Virus record (IMG/VR): IMGVR_UViG_3300041097_000036
Location: 1 to 38,984 of that record
Direction: 5' to 3' (one strand)
DNA from: a virus
Lineage: Duplodnaviria > Caudoviricetes
Length of the DNA stretch: 38,984 nt
Under the pieces are notes generated by a model that did not search any database, was not told where the DNA came from, and saw only the letters and a list, made by a program, of their open reading frames with translations. Within the stretch, counting starts at the first letter, position 1; each line of letters opens with the position of its first letter. The translations under genes were made by a program, and so were the position numbers. Positions 1 through 8,729 of the stretch are shown here, one piece after another.

Positions 1-1
1 T

Positions 2-61
2 GCGCCCACGCCGCCGCAGCCCGCCGGCAAACCCACCGGGCCCGGCTGGCTCAACAGCTGA
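2..61 (+). CDS. 3' end of upstream phage protein (partial; Pro-rich tail, possibly SSB-like)
   Basis: Frame 2 reads APTPPQPAGKPTGPGWLNS-stop, ending 5 nt before the next ATG. Confidence 0.5.
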   Translation, partial: APTPPQPAGKPTGPGWLNS

Positions 62-66
62 CCGCC

Positions 67-294
67 ATGACCAATGACGAGTGGCAGGCGCACGTGACGC
101 GCGAAGCGGCAAAGGAGGTCGGCAGATGGCTCGAAGGGCGCGGAAGGCTCAATCAGCCCATCGCCGCCCTCACCATGGCCGACCTCGAGGCCATGGCCTC
201 GAATGCGATCTCCCGCTTCATCGTCCTGGCCTCGCAGCGGATCAAGGAGCAGCCAACCGGCAACGAGGACCTGACCCGGCTCTTGCTCGGGTAG
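67..294 (+). CDS. Hypothetical phage protein (75 aa)
   Basis: ATG start, typical codon usage, fits the operon. Confidence 0.75.
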   Translation: MTNDEWQAHVTREAAKEVGRWLEGRGRLNQPIAALTMADLEAMASNAISRFIVLASQRIKEQPTGNEDLTRLLLG

Positions 295-434
295 AGCCCT
301 GCGCCCTCTGCGGGCGTCAGGCGCGCGGCTTCGGCTACGTCCACCGGCTGCAGTGGGGCCGATTTCCGCACCACCGCTTCTGCTCGATGCGCTGCCTCGA
401 CGCTGGATCGGCCCTCGCGAACAGGAGCAACGGA

Positions 435-662
435 ATGATCGACAAGACCGATATGGAGACCCGCGCGATCAAGGATGCCCGCCGCTTCCTGGCCGAGGCG
501 CTGACCGAGCTCGGCCTCATGGCGCCCTTTCATGACCGCAGCGCGGCCGAGATCGACCGCATTATCGAGGCCTGCATCGACGGGTTCCAGGAGTCGATGC
601 AGCGCCAGGCGGCCGAGAAGCGGACCCGCGATGACGATTTGAACGACCCTTTGCCCTTCTAG
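435..662 (+). CDS. DUF6511-like phage protein (in-frame Cys-rich segment upstream at ~297-434)
   Basis: AGGAG RBS at 423-427 before ATG 435; MIDKTDMETRAI...DDLNDPLPF; position before Cas4-like nuclease. Confidence 0.7.
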   Translation: MIDKTDMETRAIKDARRFLAEALTELGLMAPFHDRSAAEIDRIIEACIDGFQESMQRQAAEKRTRDDDLNDPLPF

Positions 663-678
663 ACGACGAAGCAGACCG

Positions 679-1101
679 ATGATGTCTGGAGAGATTTGGC
701 GCGTGGTCCCGAGCCTGCCTGACGTGCTCGTCAGCAGCGAGGGGCGCGTCATGATGATTCCCTACCGCGGGTCGATGCCGAAGGGCGGCGATCGTCCCTA
801 TGGCGGAAAGCCGACCTTCGGTGTTTGGAACAAGGCCGACGGCCGCTTCATCGTCACCATTCGTGGCCACACCTACAAGGTCGCCCGCCTGGTGGCGGAG
901 GCATTCCATGGCCCCGCACCGTCTGAAGATGCCGTCGTGATGCATCTCGATGAGAATGCCGCAAACAATCGCGCCGACAATCTCCGTTGGGGTACGCAGA
1001 AGGAGAATCTCAACGCCCCGGGCTTTCTGAACTACTGCCGCTCACGCACCGGCGATGACAGCCCGATCATCAAGGGACGCCGCAGGAGGGGTTCCGGATG
1101 A
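679..1101 (+). CDS. NUMOD4/HNH homing endonuclease
   Basis: EIWRVVP..LVSSEGRV (NUMOD4-like); VARLVAEAF..VMHLDENAANNRADNLRWGTQKEN (HNH_3). Confidence 0.85.
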   Translation: MMSGEIWRVVPSLPDVLVSSEGRVMMIPYRGSMPKGGDRPYGGKPTFGVWNKADGRFIVTIRGHTYKVARLVAEAFHGPAPSEDAVVMHLDENAANNRADNLRWGTQKENLNAPGFLNYCRSRTGDDSPIIKGRRRRGSG

Positions 1102-1862
1102 TCGACTTCAACCACGGCTCCGGCTTCGTCTACGGCGGTTTCGCCATTGAGCATGTCGCGACCCGCATCAATGCACTCATCGACGGCGCCCTCGTCGAGC
1201 GCCATCGCCGGCAGGCGCCGCGCGACTATCTCGGCGGAAGCCGCATCGGCGAGCCCTGTGCGCGACGGCTCGTCTATGAGATCGGCCATGTACCGCCGGA
1301 CGAGGGCCGCGCGTTCGACGGCACCATTTTGCGCATCTTCGAGGCCGGTCATCGCTTCGAGACGCTGTCGATCGGCTGGCTGCGCGCCGCGGGCTTCGAT
1401 CTCCGGACAGAGCGCCGCGACGGCGGCCAGTTCGGCTTCTCGGCTGCCGGTGGCCGGCTGCGCGGCCATATCGACGGCGTCATCGTCGACGGGCCCGATG
1501 TCGGCATCGCCTGGCCGGCTCTTTGGGAGCACAAGGCGCTCAACGCCAAATCCTGGAACGACCTGGTCAAGCGGGGGCTCAAGGTCTCGAAGCCGGTCTA
1601 TTTCGCGCAGGTCCAGCTCTACATGGCCTACATGGAGCTCGCGGTCGCCCTCTTCACGGCGATCAACAAGGACACCCAGGCGCTCTATCACGAAGCCGTC
1701 GCCTTCGATCCGGCCGAGGCCCAGGGGCTCTCCGACAAGGCGGTCGAGATCATTCGCGCCGCGGAAGCCGGGGAGCTGCCGCCGCGCATCGCCTCAGCGT
1801 CCGACTTCTATCTCTGCCGCCTCTGTCCTTATCAGCGACGCTGCTGGGAGGGCGCGCCATGA
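1098..1862 (+). CDS. Cas4-like PD-(D/E)XK exonuclease
   Basis: GSRIGEPC, GHIDG, WEHK, QVQLYM, C-terminal CRLCPYQRRC (1+3 Cys Fe-S pattern). Confidence 0.85.
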   Translation: MIDFNHGSGFVYGGFAIEHVATRINALIDGALVERHRRQAPRDYLGGSRIGEPCARRLVYEIGHVPPDEGRAFDGTILRIFEAGHRFETLSIGWLRAAGFDLRTERRDGGQFGFSAAGGRLRGHIDGVIVDGPDVGIAWPALWEHKALNAKSWNDLVKRGLKVSKPVYFAQVQLYMAYMELAVALFTAINKDTQALYHEAVAFDPAEAQGLSDKAVEIIRAAEAGELPPRIASASDFYLCRLCPYQRRCWEGAP

Positions 1863-3133
1863 CCTTCACGCCCTCCGCGCTCCAGGCGAAGGCCATCGAA
1901 GCCATCAAGGACTGGTTCACGAACCGCACGGCGGAGAACCAGGTATTCCGGGTCTTCGGCTATGCGGGGACCGGAAAGACGACCATCACGAAGCACGCCA
2001 TTGCCGAGCTGGGACTGGACGAGGGCATCCTCTACGCCGCCTTCACCGGCAAGGCGGCGCTGGTCATGACCCGCAAGGGCACGCCGGCTTCGACCATCCA
2101 TTCGCTGATCTACCGCGTCTCGGAGGCGACCCCGGCCGAGATCGAGCGGATCAAGCAGGAGATCGCCGACCTCAAGGCGAAGCTGCCCACCATGGGCACC
2201 GCCGAGCGCCTGTTTGCCGACACGCAGCTGCGCTCGCTCGAGCTCCGCCTTGCCGACATCCACAAGCCGCGCTTCGTGCTGAACGAGCAGTCGGCCCTGC
2301 GCGACGCCAAGCTCCTCGTGCTCGACGAGGTGTCGATGGTCGGCGACGACATGGCGCGCGACCTCCTCGCCTTCGGCAAGCCCATCCTGGTGCTGGGTGA
2401 CCCCGGCCAGCTCCCGCCGGTCAAGGGTGAAGGCGCCTTCACCAAGGACGCGCCCGACGTCCTCCTCACCGAGGTGCACCGGCAGGCCGGCGACAGCGCC
2501 ATCATCCGCCTGGCCACGCTCGCGCGCGAAGGCAGGCCGATCCCCTACGGCGAGCACGATGCCTTCGTGTGGAAGATGCGCAGGCACGATGTTGCGCCCG
2601 AGCAGATGCTGCGCGGCGGCCAGGTCATCTGTGGCAGAAACGCGACCCGCATCCAGCTCAACCTTGCCATGAAGCGCGCGGCCGGCTTCGAGGGCGTCTA
2701 TCCCATCGGGCGCGGCGAGAAGATCATCTGCCTCAAGAACCGCAACGATCTCGGCCTCGTCAACGGCATGTTCCTCGACCTCACCGAGATCGAGGACGAG
2801 GACGAACTCTCCTTCACCGCGGTCATCGACACCGAGGATGGCGAGAAGATCGGCGGCGCCAACGGAACACGCGAGCGCTTCCGCATCTATAAGGGGCATT
2901 TCGACGAGCACGTCGCGCCCGACCGCGAGCGTGAGCGGCGCGATCACTGGAAGAAGAAGACGCTGATCGAGGCGGTGTGGGGCTGGGCCATCACCTGCCA
3001 CAAGTCGCAGGGCTCGCAATGGGAGAACGTGATCGTCTTCGACGACGGTCTCGCGCGTGACCCCGAGGACCGCGCCCGCTGGCTCTACACCGCCATCACC
3101 CGCGCCGAGCGCGGCCTCGTGATCCTCGACTGA
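1859..3133 (+). CDS. RecD/Dda-like SF1B DNA helicase
   Basis: Walker A GYAGTGKT, DEVSMV, LGDPGQLPPV, TCHKSQGSQW, YTAITRA; ATGA overlap with the upstream stop. Confidence 0.92.
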   Translation: MTFTPSALQAKAIEAIKDWFTNRTAENQVFRVFGYAGTGKTTITKHAIAELGLDEGILYAAFTGKAALVMTRKGTPASTIHSLIYRVSEATPAEIERIKQEIADLKAKLPTMGTAERLFADTQLRSLELRLADIHKPRFVLNEQSALRDAKLLVLDEVSMVGDDMARDLLAFGKPILVLGDPGQLPPVKGEGAFTKDAPDVLLTEVHRQAGDSAIIRLATLAREGRPIPYGEHDAFVWKMRRHDVAPEQMLRGGQVICGRNATRIQLNLAMKRAAGFEGVYPIGRGEKIICLKNRNDLGLVNGMFLDLTEIEDEDELSFTAVIDTEDGEKIGGANGTRERFRIYKGHFDEHVAPDRERERRDHWKKKTLIEAVWGWAITCHKSQGSQWENVIVFDDGLARDPEDRARWLYTAITRAERGLVILD

Positions 3134-3142
3134 GGCGCGCGC

Positions 3143-6031
3143 ATGATCGATCTCAACGACGCGAGCGCCCCTCCGCCCCGCTTCGATCTCGACGCGATCG
3201 CCGCGCGCCTGCGCGACACTGCGGCGGTCTGGGTGCCGCAGCATTTCCCGAACGGGAGGCGGGAAGGCGACGAATGGCGGCTCGCCAACATCCGTGGCGA
3301 TGCCCCGCGCAAGAACGGCTCCTGCGTCATCGCGCTCAAGGGCGAGCGCGCCGGCGACTGGATCGACTTCGACGGCGGCAGTGGCGGCGGGCCCCTGAGC
3401 ACGCTTGCAGAGGCGACCGGCTATGCCGGGCACCAGCTGTTCGCCTATGCGGCCGAGCTGGCAGGCGAAGCCCCATTCGCGGCACGCCCGAGAAAGAAGG
3501 CTCCGCGTCAATCATCCGACGACGTGGCGCGCGAGATCGCCTTCATCCTGTCGGGCGCACACCCGATCGCCGGCACGCATGCGGCAGCATATCTCGCCGC
3601 CCGCGGGCTTGCGCTGCCGGCGTCGCCCGATCTTCTCTTCCATGACGATCTCGCGCACTGGGAGGCGAAGCGGGGCTTTCCCGGCATGGTCGCCATCGTG
3701 CGCGACGCCGGTGGCGCGCAGATCGCGCTCCATCGCACCTATCTCGACCCCGAGAAGCCCGCCAAGGCCGACGTCGCGCCTGCGCGCAAGACACTCGGGC
3801 CGGTCGGCGGAGGCGCGGTGCGGCTGGCCGAGCCGCACGACGGCCTCATCGCTCTGACAGAGGGCATCGAGACGGCGCTCGCGGCGATGACCGCATGCCC
3901 GGACCTGCCCGCCTGGGCAACGCTGTCTGCATCCGGGTTGGAGAGTATCGCTCTGCCGTCCGGGATCGCCCAGGTGCTGCTGCTCGCCGACCATGACGAT
4001 GCCGGGCGCCGCGCCGCCGAGACAGCCGCCGTGAAGCTTGCGATGGAGGGCCGCGAGGTCTCCATCGCGCTGCCGCCTCGCGAAGGCGACGACTTCAATG
4101 ACCTGCTCCTGCGCGAAGGCCCAGAAGCGGTCAGGGCTGCCATCGACGCCGCCGTGGCCTGGGGTGGAGACGATACGGTGCCGGCCAACGACGAGGGCGC
4201 CCAACAGCTCGAAATGGACCCCGTCATCGGCGCCACGGCACCGGAACCCGACGAGGTGGCGCGCACGGCCGCTACCTATCCGCTGCCCTTCATCGAGGGC
4301 GTTGAGCTCCGCTACTTCCGCACGCGCAAGGGAGACGTCCTCGTCCACCGCAATGCCGGCAAGGACAAGGATGGCCATACCATCTGGCGCGTGGTCGCGA
4401 GCCCCTTCGGCATCCCCGCCCGGCTGCGCTATCTCGACCAGGAGGGGACCTATGGTCTGCGCCTGCTCGTGCGCGACATGCAGGGCGAGCCGCGCGCTGT
4501 CGACTTGCCGCGCGCCGGCCTCGCCCGCCAGGGTGCGCAGGAGATCCGCTCCGCCCTCTTCGCCGCGGGCCTGCGCACCTATGGCGATGGCGACCAGGTT
4601 GCGCTGGCGGTGCTCAAGGCGGCCGATCCACGGGACGAGATCCTCGTCGTCAGCCGGCCCGGCTGGCACCGGCTCGATGGCTGCGACCGTCCGGTCTTCG
4701 TGACGCCGGCGGGCCGGGCAATCGGCGATGTACCGGCCTCCACGCTGGAGCTTGTCGCCAACGCCCGATACGACACCGTGCGCGGCAGCCTCGACGGCTG
4801 GAAGGCCGCGGCGGCCGCCGCGGCATCCGTGAAGGGCTGTCCGCACTTCCTCCTCGGCGTGCTCGCGGGATTCTGCGGTGTCGTGCAGTCGCTCGCCGGC
4901 CTCGACAGCTGCGGCATCAATCTTTCCGGCCTCTCGTCGAGCGGCAAGACCACCGCCCAGCGCCTCGCCGTCTCCGCCTGGACCTCGACAGCCATCGGTG
5001 CCGGACTGCTCCAGTCGATGCGCTCGACCGAGAACGCCATCGAGGTCTTCGCCCAGGCGGCGAGCGGCACGGTCCTCGCCCTCGACGAGCTCGCCCACGC
5101 CGACGGCCGTGCCATCGCCAAGCTCATCTACGCCATCGCCGGCGGCCAGGGAAAGGCGCGCATGACGGCCGGCGCCATCCTCAAGCAGCGCTATGCATGG
5201 TCGACCTATGCACTGCTCTCCAGCGAGTGCTCCCTGGAGGAGAAGGTGCGCGCCGACGGCGCCGCCTGGATCGCCGGCATGGCGGTGCGCATCCTCGACG
5301 TCGATGTGACCGAGGTGGACCGCTCAGTGCCGCTGGCCAGGCTCAGGGCCATCGCTGATGCAGAAAGCCACTGCGGCCATGCTGGCCCCGCCTTCGTCGA
5401 GCGGCTGGTCGCGGCGAAGCTGCATCATGCGCCGGATGCGCTGCGCGACCGCATTCTCGAACAGGCGCGCGAGCTTGCAGGCGACCGCGCCGATTCCGCA
5501 CGGCTCAGAGCGGCGACCTGCCTTGCTCTCCCGCTCGTCGCCGGCAGGCTCGCCCAGGACTTCGATCTGCTGCCCTGGTCGATCGACATCGAAGCGCCGG
5601 TCCGCTGGGCCTGGGAGCGCTTCGAGAAGTCCTCCGATGCCGAGGCGCTCACCCCCGACGAGCAGGCGATCACGAGCCTGCGCGCCTGGATCGCGGAACG
5701 GTGGGACGTCACCATCAAATCGGTCGACATCGGCGTCGAGAGCTTCGACCGCAAGCTCAACAACCGTGAAGCCGTCGCCTGGTACGACGACGCGGCCATC
5801 TATGTGCCCGCGCAGCGCCTGCGCGAAGCAGCGGGCGAGACGCTGAAGACCCAGCAGATAGTCAAGGCGCTCGCCGACCGGGACCTGCTGGCGGCGCGCC
5901 AGGATCAGCGGCGGGCCACCGTGCGATGGGTCCCGAAGATCGGCCGCATCGACGCCTATGCGCTCAAGCGCTCCGAGTTCGGCCGCCGCTCGGCCTGGGC
6001 CGATCACGGAATACAGGAGGACGAGGCATGA
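3143..6031 (+). CDS. Toprim primase fused to DUF927 helicase-like domain
   Basis: EGIETAL and ADHDDAG Toprim motifs; GLSSSGKTT P-loop; LDEL Walker B. Confidence 0.88.
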   Translation: MIDLNDASAPPPRFDLDAIAARLRDTAAVWVPQHFPNGRREGDEWRLANIRGDAPRKNGSCVIALKGERAGDWIDFDGGSGGGPLSTLAEATGYAGHQLFAYAAELAGEAPFAARPRKKAPRQSSDDVAREIAFILSGAHPIAGTHAAAYLAARGLALPASPDLLFHDDLAHWEAKRGFPGMVAIVRDAGGAQIALHRTYLDPEKPAKADVAPARKTLGPVGGGAVRLAEPHDGLIALTEGIETALAAMTACPDLPAWATLSASGLESIALPSGIAQVLLLADHDDAGRRAAETAAVKLAMEGREVSIALPPREGDDFNDLLLREGPEAVRAAIDAAVAWGGDDTVPANDEGAQQLEMDPVIGATAPEPDEVARTAATYPLPFIEGVELRYFRTRKGDVLVHRNAGKDKDGHTIWRVVASPFGIPARLRYLDQEGTYGLRLLVRDMQGEPRAVDLPRAGLARQGAQEIRSALFAAGLRTYGDGDQVALAVLKAADPRDEILVVSRPGWHRLDGCDRPVFVTPAGRAIGDVPASTLELVANARYDTVRGSLDGWKAAAAAAASVKGCPHFLLGVLAGFCGVVQSLAGLDSCGINLSGLSSSGKTTAQRLAVSAWTSTAIGAGLLQSMRSTENAIEVFAQAASGTVLALDELAHADGRAIAKLIYAIAGGQGKARMTAGAILKQRYAWSTYALLSSECSLEEKVRADGAAWIAGMAVRILDVDVTEVDRSVPLARLRAIADAESHCGHAGPAFVERLVAAKLHHAPDALRDRILEQARELAGDRADSARLRAATCLALPLVAGRLAQDFDLLPWSIDIEAPVRWAWERFEKSSDAEALTPDEQAITSLRAWIAERWDVTIKSVDIGVESFDRKLNNREAVAWYDDAAIYVPAQRLREAAGETLKTQQIVKALADRDLLAARQDQRRATVRWVPKIGRIDAYALKRSEFGRRSAWADHGIQEDEA

Positions 6032-6059
6032 CGGCGCGCGTCCGTCCGTGCACGCGCGC

Positions 6060-6470
6060 TGTGGCAACTATGGCCAGTGTGGCCACGCATGGGCGTGTGG
6101 CCATTGTGGCACCTGTGGCCAGTGCCGCCGCGCCCGGCCATGTGGCCACTGTGGCACCTGTGGCCACTCCGCCCGCGTCGGCCGCCGCAGCAGGCATTCC
6201 AGTGGCCACACTTGCCACACGGCAAATCGCTGTGGCCACTGTTAACGCATTGATGAACAAGGGCAGTTGCCACACTTTCCACCGTGGCCACAGCTGGGGG
6301 ACAGATATAGGGGAAGAGAGGCTCTTCCGTTCTTGCGGGAAGGTGCGGAGGGGTCGCGCGTCAATTTTATCTCTAGGAAGTGGAAAGTGTGGCAAGTGTG
6401 GCCACTCGCCTTTGTCTTCAAAGGCTTATCAGTGGCCACATGAAATTCCGATGTGGCAACTGTGGCCACT
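6060..6470. repeat. Iteron-like repeat cluster, putative replication origin
   Basis: Nine GTGGCCAC palindromes (6079, 6142, 6160, 6202, 6232, 6284, 6398, 6432, 6462), 9-bp TGTGGCnnn periodicity, inverted repeats 6202-6220/6387-6405, AT-richer patches; directly after the primase gene. Confidence 0.75.
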
Positions 6471-6678
6471 GGCGAAGATCGCCCGCCTTTCCGCACATCT
6501 CCGCCGTCGCCGGTCATGGACGCTGACCCTTATGGCGACGAGCGCGCTGCCACGGCAACGAGTCCGCGATCCTCCGTCCCATCGGTGATCCCGAGCCAAG
6601 CGGACGACGACGGCCAGCTCCGCCAAGAACCAGACCGTCGCCGTCCTGACCACAACGATCCCGATCACGGAGACCATC

Positions 6679-7215
6679 ATGGCTTCGACGACTCTGGCCG
6701 CGGCGTGTGCGGATGCAAGCATGCCGGCGGTCGGCATGGCGCCGCCGCTCAGCGCCATCCTCTCTCTCGACCTCGGCACCACCATGGGATGGGCCGTGCG
6801 CATGGCCGACGGAGCCATTCACAGTGGCGCCGTCTCCTTCCGCCCGAGCCGCTATGACGGCGGTGGCATGCGCTACCTGCGCTTCCGCAGCTGGCTCGAC
6901 GGGCTTGCCGCCGATGCCGGTGGTCCCGGCGCGGTCTACTTCGAGGAAGTCCGGCGGCATGTCGGCACCGACGCGGCGCATCTCTATGGCGGCTTTCTGG
7001 CGACACTGACCGCGTGGTGCGAGCAGAGGGGCGTTGCCTACCAGGGTGTGCCCGTCGGCACCATCAAGCGCCACGTCACCGGCAAGGGCAACGCGGACAA
7101 GGCGGCGGTGCTGGCCGCCGTCCGCGCACGCGGCTTTGCGCCCGCCGATGACAACGAGGCCGACGCCATCGCCATCCTGCTCTGGGCGATCGAGACGGGC
7201 GGAGGCGTGCGATGA
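6679..7215 (+). CDS. RuvC-like Holliday junction resolvase
   Basis: ILSLDLGTTMGWA, FEEV, IKRHVTGKGNADK, DDNEADAIA; GGAG RBS. Confidence 0.85.
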   Translation: MASTTLAAACADASMPAVGMAPPLSAILSLDLGTTMGWAVRMADGAIHSGAVSFRPSRYDGGGMRYLRFRSWLDGLAADAGGPGAVYFEEVRRHVGTDAAHLYGGFLATLTAWCEQRGVAYQGVPVGTIKRHVTGKGNADKAAVLAAVRARGFAPADDNEADAIAILLWAIETGGGVR

Positions 7216-7469
7216 CCGCCGAGATGCTGCTGAAGCACGCGGCCGCGGTGGTCGCCAATCGGCGTGAGACCTACGGCTGTCCCCGCACCAGCATGGAAGC
7301 GATCGCGAAGCGCTGGTCGCTCACGCTCGGGCACACGGTGACGCCGGCGCAGGTCGCCCTCTGCCTCATCGACCTCAAGCTCGCGCGCCTCGCGCACGAT
7401 CCGGCGCATCTCGACAGCATGGTCGATGTCGCCGGTTATGCCGCCGTCCTCCGGGAGGTGGCGCGGTGA
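7212..7469 (+). CDS. DUF6378-like protein
   Basis: RRETYG, IAKRWS, LKLARL, DSMVDVAGYAA. Confidence 0.8.
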   Translation: MTAEMLLKHAAAVVANRRETYGCPRTSMEAIAKRWSLTLGHTVTPAQVALCLIDLKLARLAHDPAHLDSMVDVAGYAAVLREVAR

Positions 7470-7663
7470 GGTGGTTTCCGAAAGGCTATGGCGGGGAGCG
7501 CCGATCCATCGAGGAGATCAAGCGCGAGGGCTGGCGCGAGCAGGGCCTGCTGGTGGTGAGCGCCGAGGACCAGCGGCTCACCTGGCCCGAGCGCGAGCTC
7601 ATCCGTCAGCTCGGCGAGAGGCTCTATGGCCGGCGCGCATCCCAGGAGGCGCGCCATGGCTGA
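7466..7663 (+). CDS. Hypothetical phage protein
   Basis: GTGA-coupled ORF with GGAGG RBS. Confidence 0.75.
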   Translation: MRWFPKGYGGERRSIEEIKREGWREQGLLVVSAEDQRLTWPERELIRQLGERLYGRRASQEARHG

Positions 7664-8096
7664 GACACGCTGGACGCCGTCGCTGGTCGAGGAGCGGCTC
7701 GCCGAGGCGGCAAGCGTGCTCAAGCGGCTGCCCGAGCCGAAGCTGCAGGGCTATTACAATCTTTGGCCCAGGATCATCTACGAGTTCAGTGATCTGGTGG
7801 GACAGGAGCCCAGGCCGATGCGTGTGCTGCCGTCGCCCGCAGCGATCAGCCGCATGGAGGAGACCCTGACCTGGACCGGTGGCCTCGACCCTGTTGACGG
7901 CAAGATCGTCTGGATGCGCGCCTTCGGCGAGCGCTGGAAGACCATCTGCTGGACCGTCGGGCTGCAGCGCTCCGCCGCCCACGAGCACTGGCTCTATGGG
8001 CTCTGCGTGATCGCGTGGCGGCTCAATGGGCGGCGGCTCAATCGCAATCATTCGCGGCGCAAAGTGATCGAGATGACCGGAGCGGCGAAGCCTTGA
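7656..8096 (+). CDS. DUF6362-like protein, possible late-transcription regulator
   Basis: AGGAGG RBS; WTPSLVEERLAEAA, PSPAAISRMEE, C-terminal HTH-like segment; last gene of the early operon. Confidence 0.75.
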   Translation: MAETRWTPSLVEERLAEAASVLKRLPEPKLQGYYNLWPRIIYEFSDLVGQEPRPMRVLPSPAAISRMEETLTWTGGLDPVDGKIVWMRAFGERWKTICWTVGLQRSAAHEHWLYGLCVIAWRLNGRRLNRNHSRRKVIEMTGAAKP

Positions 8097-8106
8097 GAAG
8101 TAAAGA

Positions 8107-8131
8107 GAAAGGTGTCCGGCGGACACTTTTC
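8107..8131. promoter_or_regulatory. Dyad GAAAGGTGTCC-GGC-GGACACTTTTC, possible late-promoter or regulator site
   Basis: Near-perfect inverted repeat in AT-richer DNA just after the DUF6362-like gene. Confidence 0.4.
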
Positions 8132-8246
8132 GCTCGGACAAAATCGGTCGGTTCCGATAGGGTAACCAAGCATCCTGGATCATTGCGTCACGCGCTGATC
8201 TGCCCCGTCCGGAGGGACGAGGACGGCTCCTCTGTGTCAAGGATTG

Positions 8247-8612
8247 ATGCCAAAGGACCGGGTTCGACTGATCCAGCCAGAGCAGAACACCGTGCCGCGC
8301 AAGCATCGGGGCGCTCACGCCGAGATGATCGCGGCGTGCTGGCTGATGGAGCATGGCTGGGATGTCTTCCGGAACCTTTCACCTCACGGGCCGGTCGACC
8401 TGGTTGCGATCAAGGGAGATCAGGTGCGCCTCTTCGACGTGAAGCTGTGCAATTTCCGGCCACGGGAAACTGGCGGCTGGCAGGTTGCTGGCCCGGTCCT
8501 CAAGTCGAGCCAGGCGGCCCTTGGTGTCGAGCCGATCTTCGTGACGCCTGACGGGCTGTGCGCGTTCGACCGGCGAGCGTTCGAGGCTCTGTGCGAGGGC
8601 CTCGCCGATTAG
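8247..8612 (+). CDS. Small PD-(D/E)XK endonuclease-like protein (moron)
   Basis: GAHAE...L..HGWDV...VDLVAIKG...LFDVK pattern. Confidence 0.65.
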   Translation: MPKDRVRLIQPEQNTVPRKHRGAHAEMIAACWLMEHGWDVFRNLSPHGPVDLVAIKGDQVRLFDVKLCNFRPRETGGWQVAGPVLKSSQAALGVEPIFVTPDGLCAFDRRAFEALCEGLAD

Positions 8613-8673
8613 GTTTCGATTGGACGGAGGCGAACCGAGCGCGAGCTTCGACCTCTTTCAGGGGCGCTGAGGC

Positions 8674-8723
8674 ATGTGATGAAACGGCTGTCATCAGCCG
8701 CACGTACAGCCGTTTCATGACAT
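8674..8723. terminator. Stem-loop between convergent genes
   Basis: ATGAAACGGCTGT (8679-8691) / ACAGCCGTTTCAT (8706-8718) perfect 13-bp arms; no U tract. Confidence 0.4.
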
Positions 8724-8729
8724 CGCTCG

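Noticed and set aside
1098-1862. Cas4-like gene as evidence of a CRISPR-Cas locus together with the RAMP-like gene
   Set aside because: It is 9 kb away inside the replication operon, where such nucleases are common in phages; no cas1/cas2 and no repeat-spacer array
5926-6857. ORFs across the GTGGCCAC repeat region (VATVAPVAT / CGHCG repeats)
   Set aside because: They follow from the 9-bp DNA repeat and are open in several frames; a cis-acting origin explains the region better
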